Positions 31,486 through 43,200 of a DNA stretch of 64,000 nucleotides are shown here, piece after piece. The stretch comes from Candidatus Omnitrophota bacterium (GTDB lineage Bacteria > Omnitrophota > Gorgyraeia > Gygaellales > JBFMHM01), in the NCBI GenBank assembly GCA_040753015.1, contig JBFMHM010000001.1, forward strand, positions 8,193 through 72,192, given 5' to 3'. Position numbers and translations under genes: made by a program. The notes under the pieces were generated by a model that was not told where the DNA came from, did no database searches, and saw only the letters and a list, made by a program, of their open reading frames with translations. Within the stretch, counting starts at the first letter, position 1, and each line of letters opens with the position of its first letter.

Positions 31486-34184
31486 GTCTTGAGCTTTCTA
31501 AACAATACAACCCACGAGAAGTCGAAGACTCTATTTATAATTTTTGGCTTACAAAAAATTATTTTCATGCCGAAGCAGACGCCTCAAAAAAACCATATAC
31601 AATAGTTATCCCTCCGCCCAATGTTACTGGTATTTTACATATGGGCCATGCTTTAAATAATACAATCCAAGACATCTTAATCCGCGCAAAGAGAATGCAG
31701 GGCTTTAATTGCCTCTGGGTACCAGGTACTGACCATGCTGGCATTGCCACGCAAAATGTTGTGGAAAAAAAGATAAAAAAAGAAAAAAATTTAACCCGGC
31801 AAGATTTAGGTAGAGAAAAATTCTTAGAGGAAGTTTGGAATTGGCGAAATGAATATGGCTCTACAATTATAAGCCAATTGAAAAAGCTGGGCTCCTCTTG
31901 CGACTGGCAAAGGCTTTCGTTTACCATGGATGAAGGCTATTCTAAATCCGTCCAAGAGGTATTTATAACACTTTTTAATGCCGGCCTAATTTATCGTGGA
32001 AATTATATTATAAACTGGTGCCCTAGATGCCAAACTGCATTATCAGATGAAGAAGCCCCACATAAAGATTTAGATGGATTCTTATATTATATAAAATATC
32101 CCATTAAAGATACTAAAAATTATATAACTGTTGCAACAACTCGCCCCGAAACAATGCTTGGCGATAAAGCTATTGCAATAAATCCAAAAGATAAACGTTT
32201 TAAACATTTAATTGGTAAAACTGTAATTTTGCCATTAATTGAAAAAGAAATTCCCATAATCGCTGATGAATTAGTTGATATGGAATTTGGCACTGGTTTC
32301 GTTAAAGTAACTCCAGCACATGACCCTAATGACTTCATTATGGGTAAACGCCATAATTTAGAGCCGCTTAAAATTATGACCCCGGATGGGAAAATTAGCG
32401 AAAATTCTGGCGATTACAACGGAATGGATAGGTTTGAAGCAAGAGAAGCAATAATTGAAGATTTAAAAGAACGTAAACTGTTAGAAAAAATTGAACCACA
32501 CAAACATGCAGTTGGCCACTGTTACCGCTGCCACACAATAATAGAACCATACCTATCTTTACAATGGTTTGTTAAAATGAAACCGCTTTCTGAAGAAGCA
32601 GTTAGAGTAGTTAAGTCTGGAAAAATAAAATTTCATCCGGCTCGTTGGAAAAAAATTTATCTTAATTGGTTTAACAATCTACAAGATTGGTGCATTTCAC
32701 GGCAAATTTGGTGGGGACACAGAATTCCTGTCTATTATTGTAAAAAATGTCAAGAGACAGGAATTCTGAATGAAAAAATCAAAAATCAAAATTCAAAAAT
32801 AGAACAAAGAGGTGTGATTGTTTCAAAAACAAAGTCGGATAAGTGCCCGAATTGTGGTTCAAGCGACATCTATCAAGATGAAGATGTTTTAGATACGTGG
32901 TTTTCATCATGGCTTTGGCCGTTTGCCACGCTTAACTGGCCAAAAGAGCAAAGCGAAAAAGAATTAAAATACTTTTACCCCACGAATACATTGGTTACAG
33001 CTCAAGAAATTATATTTTTCTGGGTTGCGCGCATGATTATGGCTGGCATTTATTTTATGAAAGACATTCCGTTTCGTGATGTTTATATCCATGGCACTGT
33101 GCGCGATGACACTGGAAAAAAAATGTCAAAGTCATTAGGAAACATTATTGACCCGCTTGAAATAATAAATAATTTTGGCGCAGATGCGCTACGCTTTTCA
33201 ATCATAAGCTTGACCAGCGCTGGGCAAGACGTCTATTTATCAAACGAAAAATTCCAAGCTGGAAGAAACTTTGCTAATAAAATTTGGAATGCCTCAAGAT
33301 TCGTCTTAATAAATTTAGAGCCGGAAAAAATTAATGTCGATCTATGCATTTACTCAAAAGATAATCTAAAAGAATTAAAAGATAGATGGATTCTAAGTCG
33401 ATTTTATCAAACACTAGCGCAAGTATCAAAGTCAATTGATCAATTTAAAATTAATGAAGCAATAAAGCAAATTTATGAATTTTTCTGGCATGAATTTTGC
33501 GACTGGTATATTGAGCTTTCAAAACAAGACATAAAAAATCCAACTACGCAAGTAATTTTGTACAAAGTATTAGAAAAAACCCTGCGCATTCTACACCCGT
33601 TTATGCCATTTATTACAGAACAAATTTGGCAAAGCCTGTCTGGAGAAAAATCAGAATCAATAATGATAGCTTCGTGGCCGCATTTACAAAAACAATTTAT
33701 TTCAAAAGAAATAGATAGCCAAATGCAAGTTATAATTGACTTAATCGCATCGGTTCGCAACCTTCGCGCAGAGATAAAAATTGACCCTTCTAAAACTATT
33801 GATTTAATTATTTATTCAAAAAATAAGGATATAATTAAACTCTTAAAAGAAAATTCTGGTTACATTCAAAAATTAGGACAGGTTTTAAATATAACTTTTC
33901 AAGAAAAAGAAGCACGTCCAAAAAATGCTGTATCAGCAGTTTCTGGTAAAATTAGTTTCCATATTCCGCTTGAAGGCATTATCGACATCGGGAAAGAACT
34001 CCTACGGGTTAATAAAGAAATAGAGAATATCGAAAATTTCTTAAAGAACTCAAGCACAAAGTTAAATAATAAAGACTTTTTAAAAAACGCGCCTCTTGAG
34101 GTAATCGAAAAAGAAAAACAAAAACGAATTGACCTAAAAGAAAAACTAGAAAAATTAAAAACATACTCAAAGTTTCTTAGCTGA
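31482..34184 (+). CDS. valS: Valyl-tRNA synthetase
   Basis: PPPNVTGILHMGH, DWCISRQIWWGH and KMSKS motifs; C-terminal coiled coil. Confidence 0.98.
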   Translation: MSLELSKQYNPREVEDSIYNFWLTKNYFHAEADASKKPYTIVIPPPNVTGILHMGHALNNTIQDILIRAKRMQGFNCLWVPGTDHAGIATQNVVEKKIKKEKNLTRQDLGREKFLEEVWNWRNEYGSTIISQLKKLGSSCDWQRLSFTMDEGYSKSVQEVFITLFNAGLIYRGNYIINWCPRCQTALSDEEAPHKDLDGFLYYIKYPIKDTKNYITVATTRPETMLGDKAIAINPKDKRFKHLIGKTVILPLIEKEIPIIADELVDMEFGTGFVKVTPAHDPNDFIMGKRHNLEPLKIMTPDGKISENSGDYNGMDRFEAREAIIEDLKERKLLEKIEPHKHAVGHCYRCHTIIEPYLSLQWFVKMKPLSEEAVRVVKSGKIKFHPARWKKIYLNWFNNLQDWCISRQIWWGHRIPVYYCKKCQETGILNEKIKNQNSKIEQRGVIVSKTKSDKCPNCGSSDIYQDEDVLDTWFSSWLWPFATLNWPKEQSEKELKYFYPTNTLVTAQEIIFFWVARMIMAGIYFMKDIPFRDVYIHGTVRDDTGKKMSKSLGNIIDPLEIINNFGADALRFSIISLTSAGQDVYLSNEKFQAGRNFANKIWNASRFVLINLEPEKINVDLCIYSKDNLKELKDRWILSRFYQTLAQVSKSIDQFKINEAIKQIYEFFWHEFCDWYIELSKQDIKNPTTQVILYKVLEKTLRILHPFMPFITEQIWQSLSGEKSESIMIASWPHLQKQFISKEIDSQMQVIIDLIASVRNLRAEIKIDPSKTIDLIIYSKNKDIIKLLKENSGYIQKLGQVLNITFQEKEARPKNAVSAVSGKISFHIPLEGIIDIGKELLRVNKEIENIENFLKNSSTKLNNKDFLKNAPLEVIEKEKQKRIDLKEKLEKLKTYSKFLS
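32774..32801. repeat. Four heptamer tandem repeats (AAAAATC-like) within valS
   Basis: aaaaatc aaaaatc aaaattc aaaaata encoding KIKNQNSKI between the CxxC pairs. Confidence 0.6.
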
Positions 34185-34297
34185 TCCATTTCGCACCTCT
34201 GTAAGCGTCTCGCCGAAAATCAGGCGGATGAAAGCGCTTACATTTTTCGCCCCAAAACCCTTGAAATTGGCCTTTTCTTGTTGCATACTTATTATAT

Positions 34298-37200
34298 ATG
34301 ATTAAACGTATATTTATCTTATTATTGGTAGGGATTTTTTGTTTTAACCACTTATGTTATGGTTTTCAAAACATAAGTGCCTCGAAGCGCGTAACACTTT
34401 CGGGGCCAACATTATTAGGCATTGATTTAAATGGTAGAGACGCGCTGCAGTGCGTCTCTACGGGTATCCAATTCAATCTAAACATCCCCAAAGGCACTAT
34501 TCTTAATCTAGACCAACGTAACAACCTTAAAACCAACATAAACTACTTTCTAACAGCTCTAACCATACAAGACTCTGAATTCTGGGTTAACCTAAACCCA
34601 AACCAGCCTAACAGGCTTACAGGAACAAATATTGCCTACACAGACATGGGCAAGCATCTATTACTCCTAGACCTAAAGCTTAAGAAAGACACAACCTTTG
34701 CATTGTTTCCCGGATTATCACAAGGAGCCACAACATACTGGGAACGTGTGTTTGCTAAAGCTAAAGCTTTAGCAAAATCAAATATCAAATATCAAAAATC
34801 AAATATACAAACTAAAAATCAAAAAGAAGAACAAAACCGAAGAACCGAAGAACTGACGAACAGTCGAACTGTCTCTATCCCCACAACCTTCCGTGTCTGG
34901 ATAGTTCCAGACAAGGCAGAAGTATACGAAGATGGCAAAGGTAGCTGTGTAATAACCAAATCAACATTGAAAGTGTTACTGGAAAGTGAGTATCTACAAC
35001 TCCCCCAGACCCCCTCTTTACCAAAGAGGGGGATAAAGGGGGAGTTTGATAACAACCAAGAGTTACAATCCTACTGTGAATCGCAGCTAAAAGAACTAAT
35101 ACTTCCTAACCTAACACATAAAGTAAACCATGATCCAAGCTACGAGCCACTAAGACAGATATACAATGCAATTATTCTTGCGAAGTGGTTTAAAGCCAAT
35201 GCTTTAAACAGCAAGAATAATAATTACCAATTACCAAATCCCAATGTCAAATCAATTACTAATGACCAATCAACCAATAAAAACCAATTCGAACAGATCA
35301 TTAATTCTAATAATTTAAAGGGGTTAATATCTAAGGATCCAATAACAAAAGAACAAATCTTTGCTGCCTACTTAGACTCAGTAAAACAAGGCGAATACCA
35401 TCTTACCAAGACTAACTACAATGAAGAGCTGAAGGCTAATATTAGGAGAAGTTATGTGAGCGGGGGAGCAGAGTTTACAGCTATAGCTTTAACAGTTGAC
35501 CCAACTGCGACAAGCAAGGCAGGTGCACTTGCAACAGATAATTTAGGAGCAGCAGTTACATTAACAGATAGTCAAAATCAATCAATAAATGTAGCTATAA
35601 AAACTGATTTTGATAGTTCTAACGCAATGGATGTAACTAGTCGAGTAGAGCCGCGATTAATCGCGTCTCTACAAGGTGATATTAAAATATTTGTTTGTCC
35701 ATCTTTAAGTCAATTTGATAACCAAGATAATTTTTCTCTCATTGCTCACGCAGGCAGGGGTGGAGTAAGGGTAGTAGATGGAGTTACCCATAAGCATACC
35801 TTGCGTCAAATATATCTATCCCCTAAACAATTTGAGCTTGTGCAAGGCTTAACCCAAGAAGCCAAAGAACAATTCTGGAAACATGAAATAGCACATCTTG
35901 AACATCCGGAGATGAGCGAAGAAGAGGTGCAAGCGGTTGCGCCGACGGATAAGGTAAGGGAAGAACTCATTGATCCTGATTTAAGAAAATTACTAGAAGC
36001 AGAAAAGGTTCTAAGCATAGAAGAAATAGATCTTTCCGAAGCCTACGTATATGCTGCTGATGACATTGCAGCTATTGCTCAAAACAAACCCGAGCTTGCC
36101 GATAAAGCTCTTGCCGTCTTAGAAAACATCCTAATAAAAACCATCCTAATCCTAAACAGAGAAGAATTAGATCTTTGCGAAGCCTACGTATATGCTGCTA
36201 ATGCCATTGCAGTTATTGCTCAAAACAAACCCGAGCTTATCCGTGAAAGTACCCTCGCTGTTTTAAAAAACATCTTAAACAGCGAAAAATTACATACTTC
36301 CGCCTACGTATATGCTGCTAATGCCATTGCAGCTTACTATGCAAAAGTAAATAAACCTATCCCAGCGGCAGCGCTAAAGGCCCTTCGTCTTCGCTACATA
36401 CGGTTTACCGATCGTGGCATTAGTTTTCATGATGCATCTGCCTTTGCCGAAGGTTTACTTAAAACAGCTTCTCCAGTAACTCTTAAGCCTTTACCCGAGG
36501 CTCTGCCCAAGAAAGAAGCTATAGATTTAAACAGTATCCCTAAACAAGATAACCTCGATGATTTGTTAAAAGATTATACTTTTGTCCGCGCTCAAGGAAG
36601 AACATTAATCTACAAACACAAAACAACAGGTAAATTCTTAGCCTTAAAGCTACTTAAAAAAGATGAAAGTCCAGCAGAACTTACTCATGAAAGCAATATG
36701 TTCGAATACTTTAACAAACATAGGCAAACATTGGGATTACAATCAATCTTTCCTATGTCTATGGTTCTTAACTCTGAGGGTGATAAAGTGTTAAGTGTGG
36801 TTAATTTGCCTCGAGATGCATTAGCTGATTTATCTGTTTCGGTTGAAAAAACAAAGCAATGCTATACAGTTATGGCATATACTACAACTAGCTTTGATTA
36901 CTTTACGTATCTTGATGATCCTGTTTTAAGTAAAGAAGAATTTAATCAAGCAACTGAAAAATCTGTACATGACTTATTTGCTCTCGCAAGTTACGGAATT
37001 ATTCATACTGCATTACTAAGTATTTTTCATACCGTAGAGCAGGATAAAGATAGGCAAGATGCGGGTAAGTATATTTGGATGACAAGTATAATTAGAAAGT
37101 TGACTACAGGTACAGGTAGACTAGAAAATTGGTTAATTGCTGCAAAATACCCTAATTTAAGGCGATCCGGCTTAGCTGATCTAGCTGACATAACTACTCT

Positions 37201-40200
37201 TGATGAATTAATAACTGATCCAAACCATCTTGGAAGCATTCATTTATCCGAAGCAAGAGAATTCTATAATAATCAAGAAGTATTAAAACGCGTATTTCTT
37301 GCAAATTACATAGGAGATTATCTATTGACCTTTGCTTTAATTACAGGTTCGCGATTACATAAACGCAATGAATTTAATTGGCAAGACCCAGAACAATTAG
37401 CCAAGTTTATGCAGGAATTATTTACTCAAGCATTTACTGTAAGTAGATCCCAAGAACAAGCCAATACTGTAGCTAAAGCAATTGACTGGGCTCGTCTTGC
37501 CAGACAAATGAGCTATTTTATGTCAGGGGCGTATGTAGCTGATTTTAGCCCAAAAAACCCACACAGAAATATTCCAGTTGGAATGTTTGAAGGCGAAGAA
37601 ATTTGCTCACTAGGTTCTTTTGACGAAAGTCTTTGGTCAGAAGTTTTTGGTTGGACAAGCCTTGTCCAAGATAATCCTGAAGATAATCCATCAGCGCTTG
37701 GCCCCTTTAACGGCCCTTTTCCATTAACTGAACTGGTTAAAGCATTGTATGTTTATGCAAGCTTACTTGCTACAGATACACAGACTACAGAAGAACAAAC
37801 TGCTGACACCACCATTGCCTCAACAGGCGAGAAGGGTGCAACGCGAGCTGAACACGAGGTATATCATAAACAAGGTAAATTTGAAGAAGTAATTACTGAT
37901 ATTGCTAAAAAAATTGAAGCAGAAAAAAGAGCTGATGGTAAATATGACTTACGCGCTAAAGTTCAAGAAAAAGGTGGTAGTATTCAAAAAATATTTAGCC
38001 AATTACGCATTGAAAATGATGGAATACTTGTAATTATTGACATTCGTTTTCATAGAGACCATGCCGGCAGAAACGAATTCGCGGTCTATGCCCGAAGTGA
38101 AGCTAAAGCTCAACACGAGCTAAGTGAATTACGCGACTGGCGAGATTTTGCAATTGAACAAAACATTGCCACTTTAGAAGATATACAACAAGGCTTACTT
38201 GGAACTAAACTAAGAGAATGGATGAATGATGGAGCCATTCAAGATGCAGAACGCGCCCATCGCAAAAGCTTAATTGAAGAAAAAAGCAAAGCCTTTCATA
38301 GAAAAGCACTTGAGATTGAGGTAAAATCTGATTTCGAAGATATCGAAGAGCCAGGTTACAAAGCTGTTACATTTATCCTTCCAGAAGCGACAGATGGCCA
38401 AGGTGATTTTATGGATTTACTTTCTACGGCAAGGGTATTTCAAAAATCAAATCCTACTAAAAAAGTAAGAATAGCGCTAGAAAGAGCCTCTGCTTATAAA
38501 AAACTTACTAAATTGTTTCCTGATTTTGATCCAGAAAAAATTAGCAATACAGTAGATGACATAGTAGTAATTAATGCTGAACAAGACCCAACTTTTATAG
38601 ATAGCCTTTTGTGTAATAAAGTAAGTATTATTCTTTTATCAGCAGATAAATCACCACCGGCTTTAGGTTTATCAGCAGTTAATATTTATCTGGAAGAACC
38701 TGGTGCTTCAAAAAGAATATATCTGCCGACTAATTTAAAACGCGGAGAAGTTTATAAAGATAAACAAGGGCGCTTACATATTGTTTATACCACTGGTTTT
38801 AGCACAGATTCTTTAGGTATGGTTATAGATAAAACTTTAAAACAAAAGATGCAAACTGCAGGTAACTCAAAGCAAAACCTATTACATTCTTTAGCTCAAG
38901 AAAAACCCGGCCTTCAATTACCAGCTGATACCATAGATTCCAAATGGGGATTTGTTTATTATAATAGTTCTCATGTTGAAGTTGTTTATAGTAGTTTTGG
39001 ATATTTTTCTTTTTTATATCAAGCGTTAAAAAATGGGAATATTGATAAAGGACAAAAAATTACAATATTTGACTTTAGCGATACCGTTGATTCCTGTGAT
39101 GGAGTGCGTAACTATGATGCTTATAAAGCTTTTACCCATATTTTTCCTGACGGCAAGATAATAGTGGGAGAAAAATTTCCTAATGTTAGAGTTGTTCATG
39201 TCTCTATGGCATCACATAATTTATTCTTGAGATTTATGTATATGGCAGAGCTGCCTATATTAGTTACAGGTACAAGAAGTTTAACAGAGGCAATCGAATT
39301 AGGCAAACCCTTTGTTTATGACTTAATGAATTGGAAAGTCGGCCTTGTGCAGGGCATGGTTGAGCAGGCAATTCGTCATATGCCTTTGGACCAAGCATTA
39401 ATAATCGCGGCTTGTTTAAATGGCTACCCTGCAATAGACGAACAAGAAAAATATACGAGATTACTTACATTATACAGACAATTAAGAACGCAAATCCCAC
39501 TTGTAAAGTCACCCGATGATATAGGTTTAGTGCTAAATCAATTTGCAGAAAATAATGGGTTAGATAGGAATAAATTTGGCTATGCATTTTGGGAACCTCT
39601 TAAAAGTGTTACCGGCCCCGAAATAACTGAAGAAGAATTAGTTGCATTAAAAATTTGTTGGATTATGCTAGGTGGTTTAAGAAGCATTCACTTAAAACAT
39701 AGTCCCAGGATTTTATATGATTCTATTTATCAAGAAGCATTTAGAGCTTTGACAGAAGTATTAGCAAATTTACCTGCGTTAGAGGATAATTTAGCGCAGC
39801 AAATAACTACATTAGTTGATGCTTATAACCAAGATGAGCAAGAGGCACTTAGAATTTTACGAACAAATGTTGATGCCGCTGTTGGCCAAAAAGAAGACGA
39901 AATTGACTTTATTATCTCAAGTGATGGAGGCGTAGCTGATAAAGATGTTTCGTTGCTTCCTCCCAAGTACGACGGAGAGCGATTTAGCCCGCAGACTATC
40001 TATGATTTTGGCGCAGGTTTATCTCCTCTAGAAAGACAGCACTTAAGGCGAAGCTTGGTTAGGTTAACGGCTCAACTAAGAAATAAGGATGTAGCCGTGC
40101 GAACTCAAGCAGTAACTGCTTTGATAAATCTTTTCGCCAATGAATTTGGGCTTTTTTCAAGAGGTATTCTTCAACAGGCATATCAGAATCAAGAACAATT

Positions 40201-43200
40201 AACTAATCTTTTTATACTTATGCGCCCTCTTTTAGAAAATACTCTCTTAAATGGAAGCGAAGCAGATGATGCCTATCAAAACTTAGCTAATCAACTTGCT
40301 AATCCAACCACTGGTTCTAGTCAAGAAACTATCCTAAGGACTGCCAATAACCTTGGTTGGAATTTAATCTTTATTAATGATAGGCCAATATTTGTTTTAA
40401 CTGATGAAGCGCATAATTACGCCACATCAACTGCTTCAGATGAGGTGCGCCTTGTTAATCTTTTGCCAGAAGGAATAGTTTTATCAAATGCACGTCCAGT
40501 ACAGGCAAGTGAGGTTACGCAACCTGATGTTAGCGCACCAGTAGTTTCGCAGCCAGTGCAATTACCACAGCCACAGCAGCCAACTACTGCTTTAGTTGTA
40601 CCTAACCAAGTACAAGGAGTACTTGTTAAACCGCGTACAATTGCCGGAGTAATTGCTAAGTTTAAGCCTATAAATTATCAACCAACACTAAACAGGCCGC
40701 TTATTCAAAGAATTGCAATACTTATTAACGAAGGCGATTATAACCAAGCAGCTACGCTTATCCAAAACAACCATACAAGAGCACAAGCGCAGGCACTCTT
40801 AACCGAGCTTTTAATTGCACACCCAGGTCCGCAAACATTCGAGTTACTAGCTTATTTAGATATAGGTCTAGCAACAGATAGTTTTATGCAGGCATTTGCT
40901 ACAACTAATGGCGAACTAAATTTAGAACGCATAAACAATATTATATTTATGCTCTCACTCATACAAAGAGACAGAATTTATCTTTGGCAAGCGCAGTCGG
41001 ATTTACGTTCCGCTGGAACGCTTAGGGAGAGCCTGCCATTTTCTTGTTTTATTCTTGCCAGAATGAGCCAAGAGAGGGAATATCAGCCATTTGTTGCAAG
41101 AATGAGAAGGCTTATTGATGATATTGTGCCACTTGGAACAGTTGCTGGGTTAAACCGCATAGAAACATTACTTAAAATTGTTAATGATTTAGCACCAGAA
41201 GCTCTAGTTGCACAAGAACAAACATATTCCTTCGCAAGAAGCATTGATGAAATTGATGAAATTGTTGCTAGCTTAAATAGCGCAGGAGATGATTTAAGCG
41301 CTGTTTCAGATTATTGTATTCTAGGTCGTTCGCCAACCAATGTACTTCGTGCGGTTAAAAAATATGCAGCAGCCAAGATTCTTCCCTGGCGAGCAGTTTT
41401 AGTTAGATTACTTTCAGCGCAATCACCAGAAGCTATTGCAACATTTATTGCTGTGCTTGACCAGCAGCAAACAGCTTGGTATCGAAATGATTTAGGCGAT
41501 GAATTAGAAAGAGTAGAGTTTTTCTCTACCTTGCTTGCAGAAATTGACAGAGAACTTGCCATAAACACTATAGACGTGCTTGTTACTGACCAAATACTTT
41601 ATCATCAAGACTCACGCAGATTAGCAGAGCGTATTCTTCTTGGCCCGGCAATTGAAGCAATAGATGCAATGGTTGCAATACACACTGAACTTTGCAAAAG
41701 AGATAGCCGTTATAATACAGAGTTTGAATTCCAGCTAACCGGTGTGTTACTTGCTGAAGACTTGACTAAAGGCCAAAGACAGCAAGCAGTTAAAAGATGT
41801 GCTCAAATCATCGAAACTACTGATGATAATTGGCATAAACTAAAAGCTGACTTCCGTGTACTTATTGCAATGCGTACCGACTCAGGTCAAGCCCGCAAAG
41901 ATGCAATCGCTGAGTTGGGGAGGTTAGGCACACCCGATGCTGTGGATGTGTTGCTTGGGCTACTAATACAAAGGAGCATACCTAGATATAGTTTACTAAA
42001 AGCATTGGCTAGGGGTTTAACTGTGGACCGAAAAACAGATGAGGATAAAATTTTTCAAGACGGTCTTAAAACAATTCATTCAGGTAGATATATTAAAGAA
42101 GCTATAAATGCGCTCTCTCAGTTAGCACGAACAGATTTGGATAGTTTTACAGCGCCTCAAGTATTTTTTATTAAATGGCTTGGTATGTATCTGAATTATC
42201 AGAATATAAATGGCGCTTATCTTCCAAATGATTCGGATAGGGTTGGCATTGTTAATATTTATATTATTCTAGGATTCCGCGGGCATAGTTATGCAGTATC
42301 AAAGTTTATTCAAGAGTGTGAGGGATATGATAAACTTCCTGATCTTCCACGAGATGATTTAAGGGGATGGTTTAATCCAGAAATCGAACAATGGGTTGTT
42401 TGGCGAAGAGATTTAATTGAAAAATTAGCTGATCCTAGATTAGATCAAGCTAATTGGCAATTTGAACAAAACCAATTTTTTCTTCTTCTAGAAGCAATTG
42501 GCGTGCCAAAAGAAGTTTCACGTAATATACGTCAACTATGTATTAGTGAAGATAAAAATGAAACAATAGCTGCAATCCAAGCCCTTGGCGAAAGTAAGCA
42601 TTCCGCTTCTGTTGAATTGCTCATCGATTGTTGTTTACCAATTGAACAACGTTCTATGTCTATTACTCACTTGAAATATAGAGATAAAGATGGCCGAAGA
42701 GGTCTTGACAACGATATTTGTCAAGCCGCGATTATAGCATTAGGTAAAATCGCTGACCCTCGCGCAGTTGAGCCTTTGATTGAATGTTTGAAGGATACGA
42801 ACAAATATGTTCGTCGCAACGCTGTCGAAGCTCTTGCTAAAATTGGCATGCCGGCATTGCCTGCATTAGAAGCAACTTTACGCCGTCCAGAGTATAATAA
42901 AGTTATTGCTGAAATACAAAGAATAATTGATCGTATTCGCGCTAAAAATCCTAGCATAACCGAGCATCAATTTTTCGCTCCGGTTTTATCGTCCGCTTTA
43001 AAACAAGAACTTATCGCTAAATTAAATGGCTCGGATTTATTAGATGCCCCTATTGCTGAACGGACAAAGCAAGTAATTAGAATATTAACTAGCGATAAAT
43101 ATTATGATGAGCAATCATTTAACTTGCTCATTGCCGCTTTAAATGAAATTAAAGCTGGAATACGCATTAACTTAGAAGGCCTGCATATTGCCGGTGATTA

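Noticed and set aside
34196-34248. Hairpin after valS as a T-box or riboswitch for the giant gene
   Set aside because: Imperfect TGTAAGCG...CGCTTACA stem without T-box motifs; more simply a valS terminator upstream of the giant gene's own promoter
36019-36335. Diversity-generating retroelement TR/VR pair
   Set aside because: The repeats are in-frame HEAT-like units, differences are not confined to adenines, and no reverse transcriptase is present
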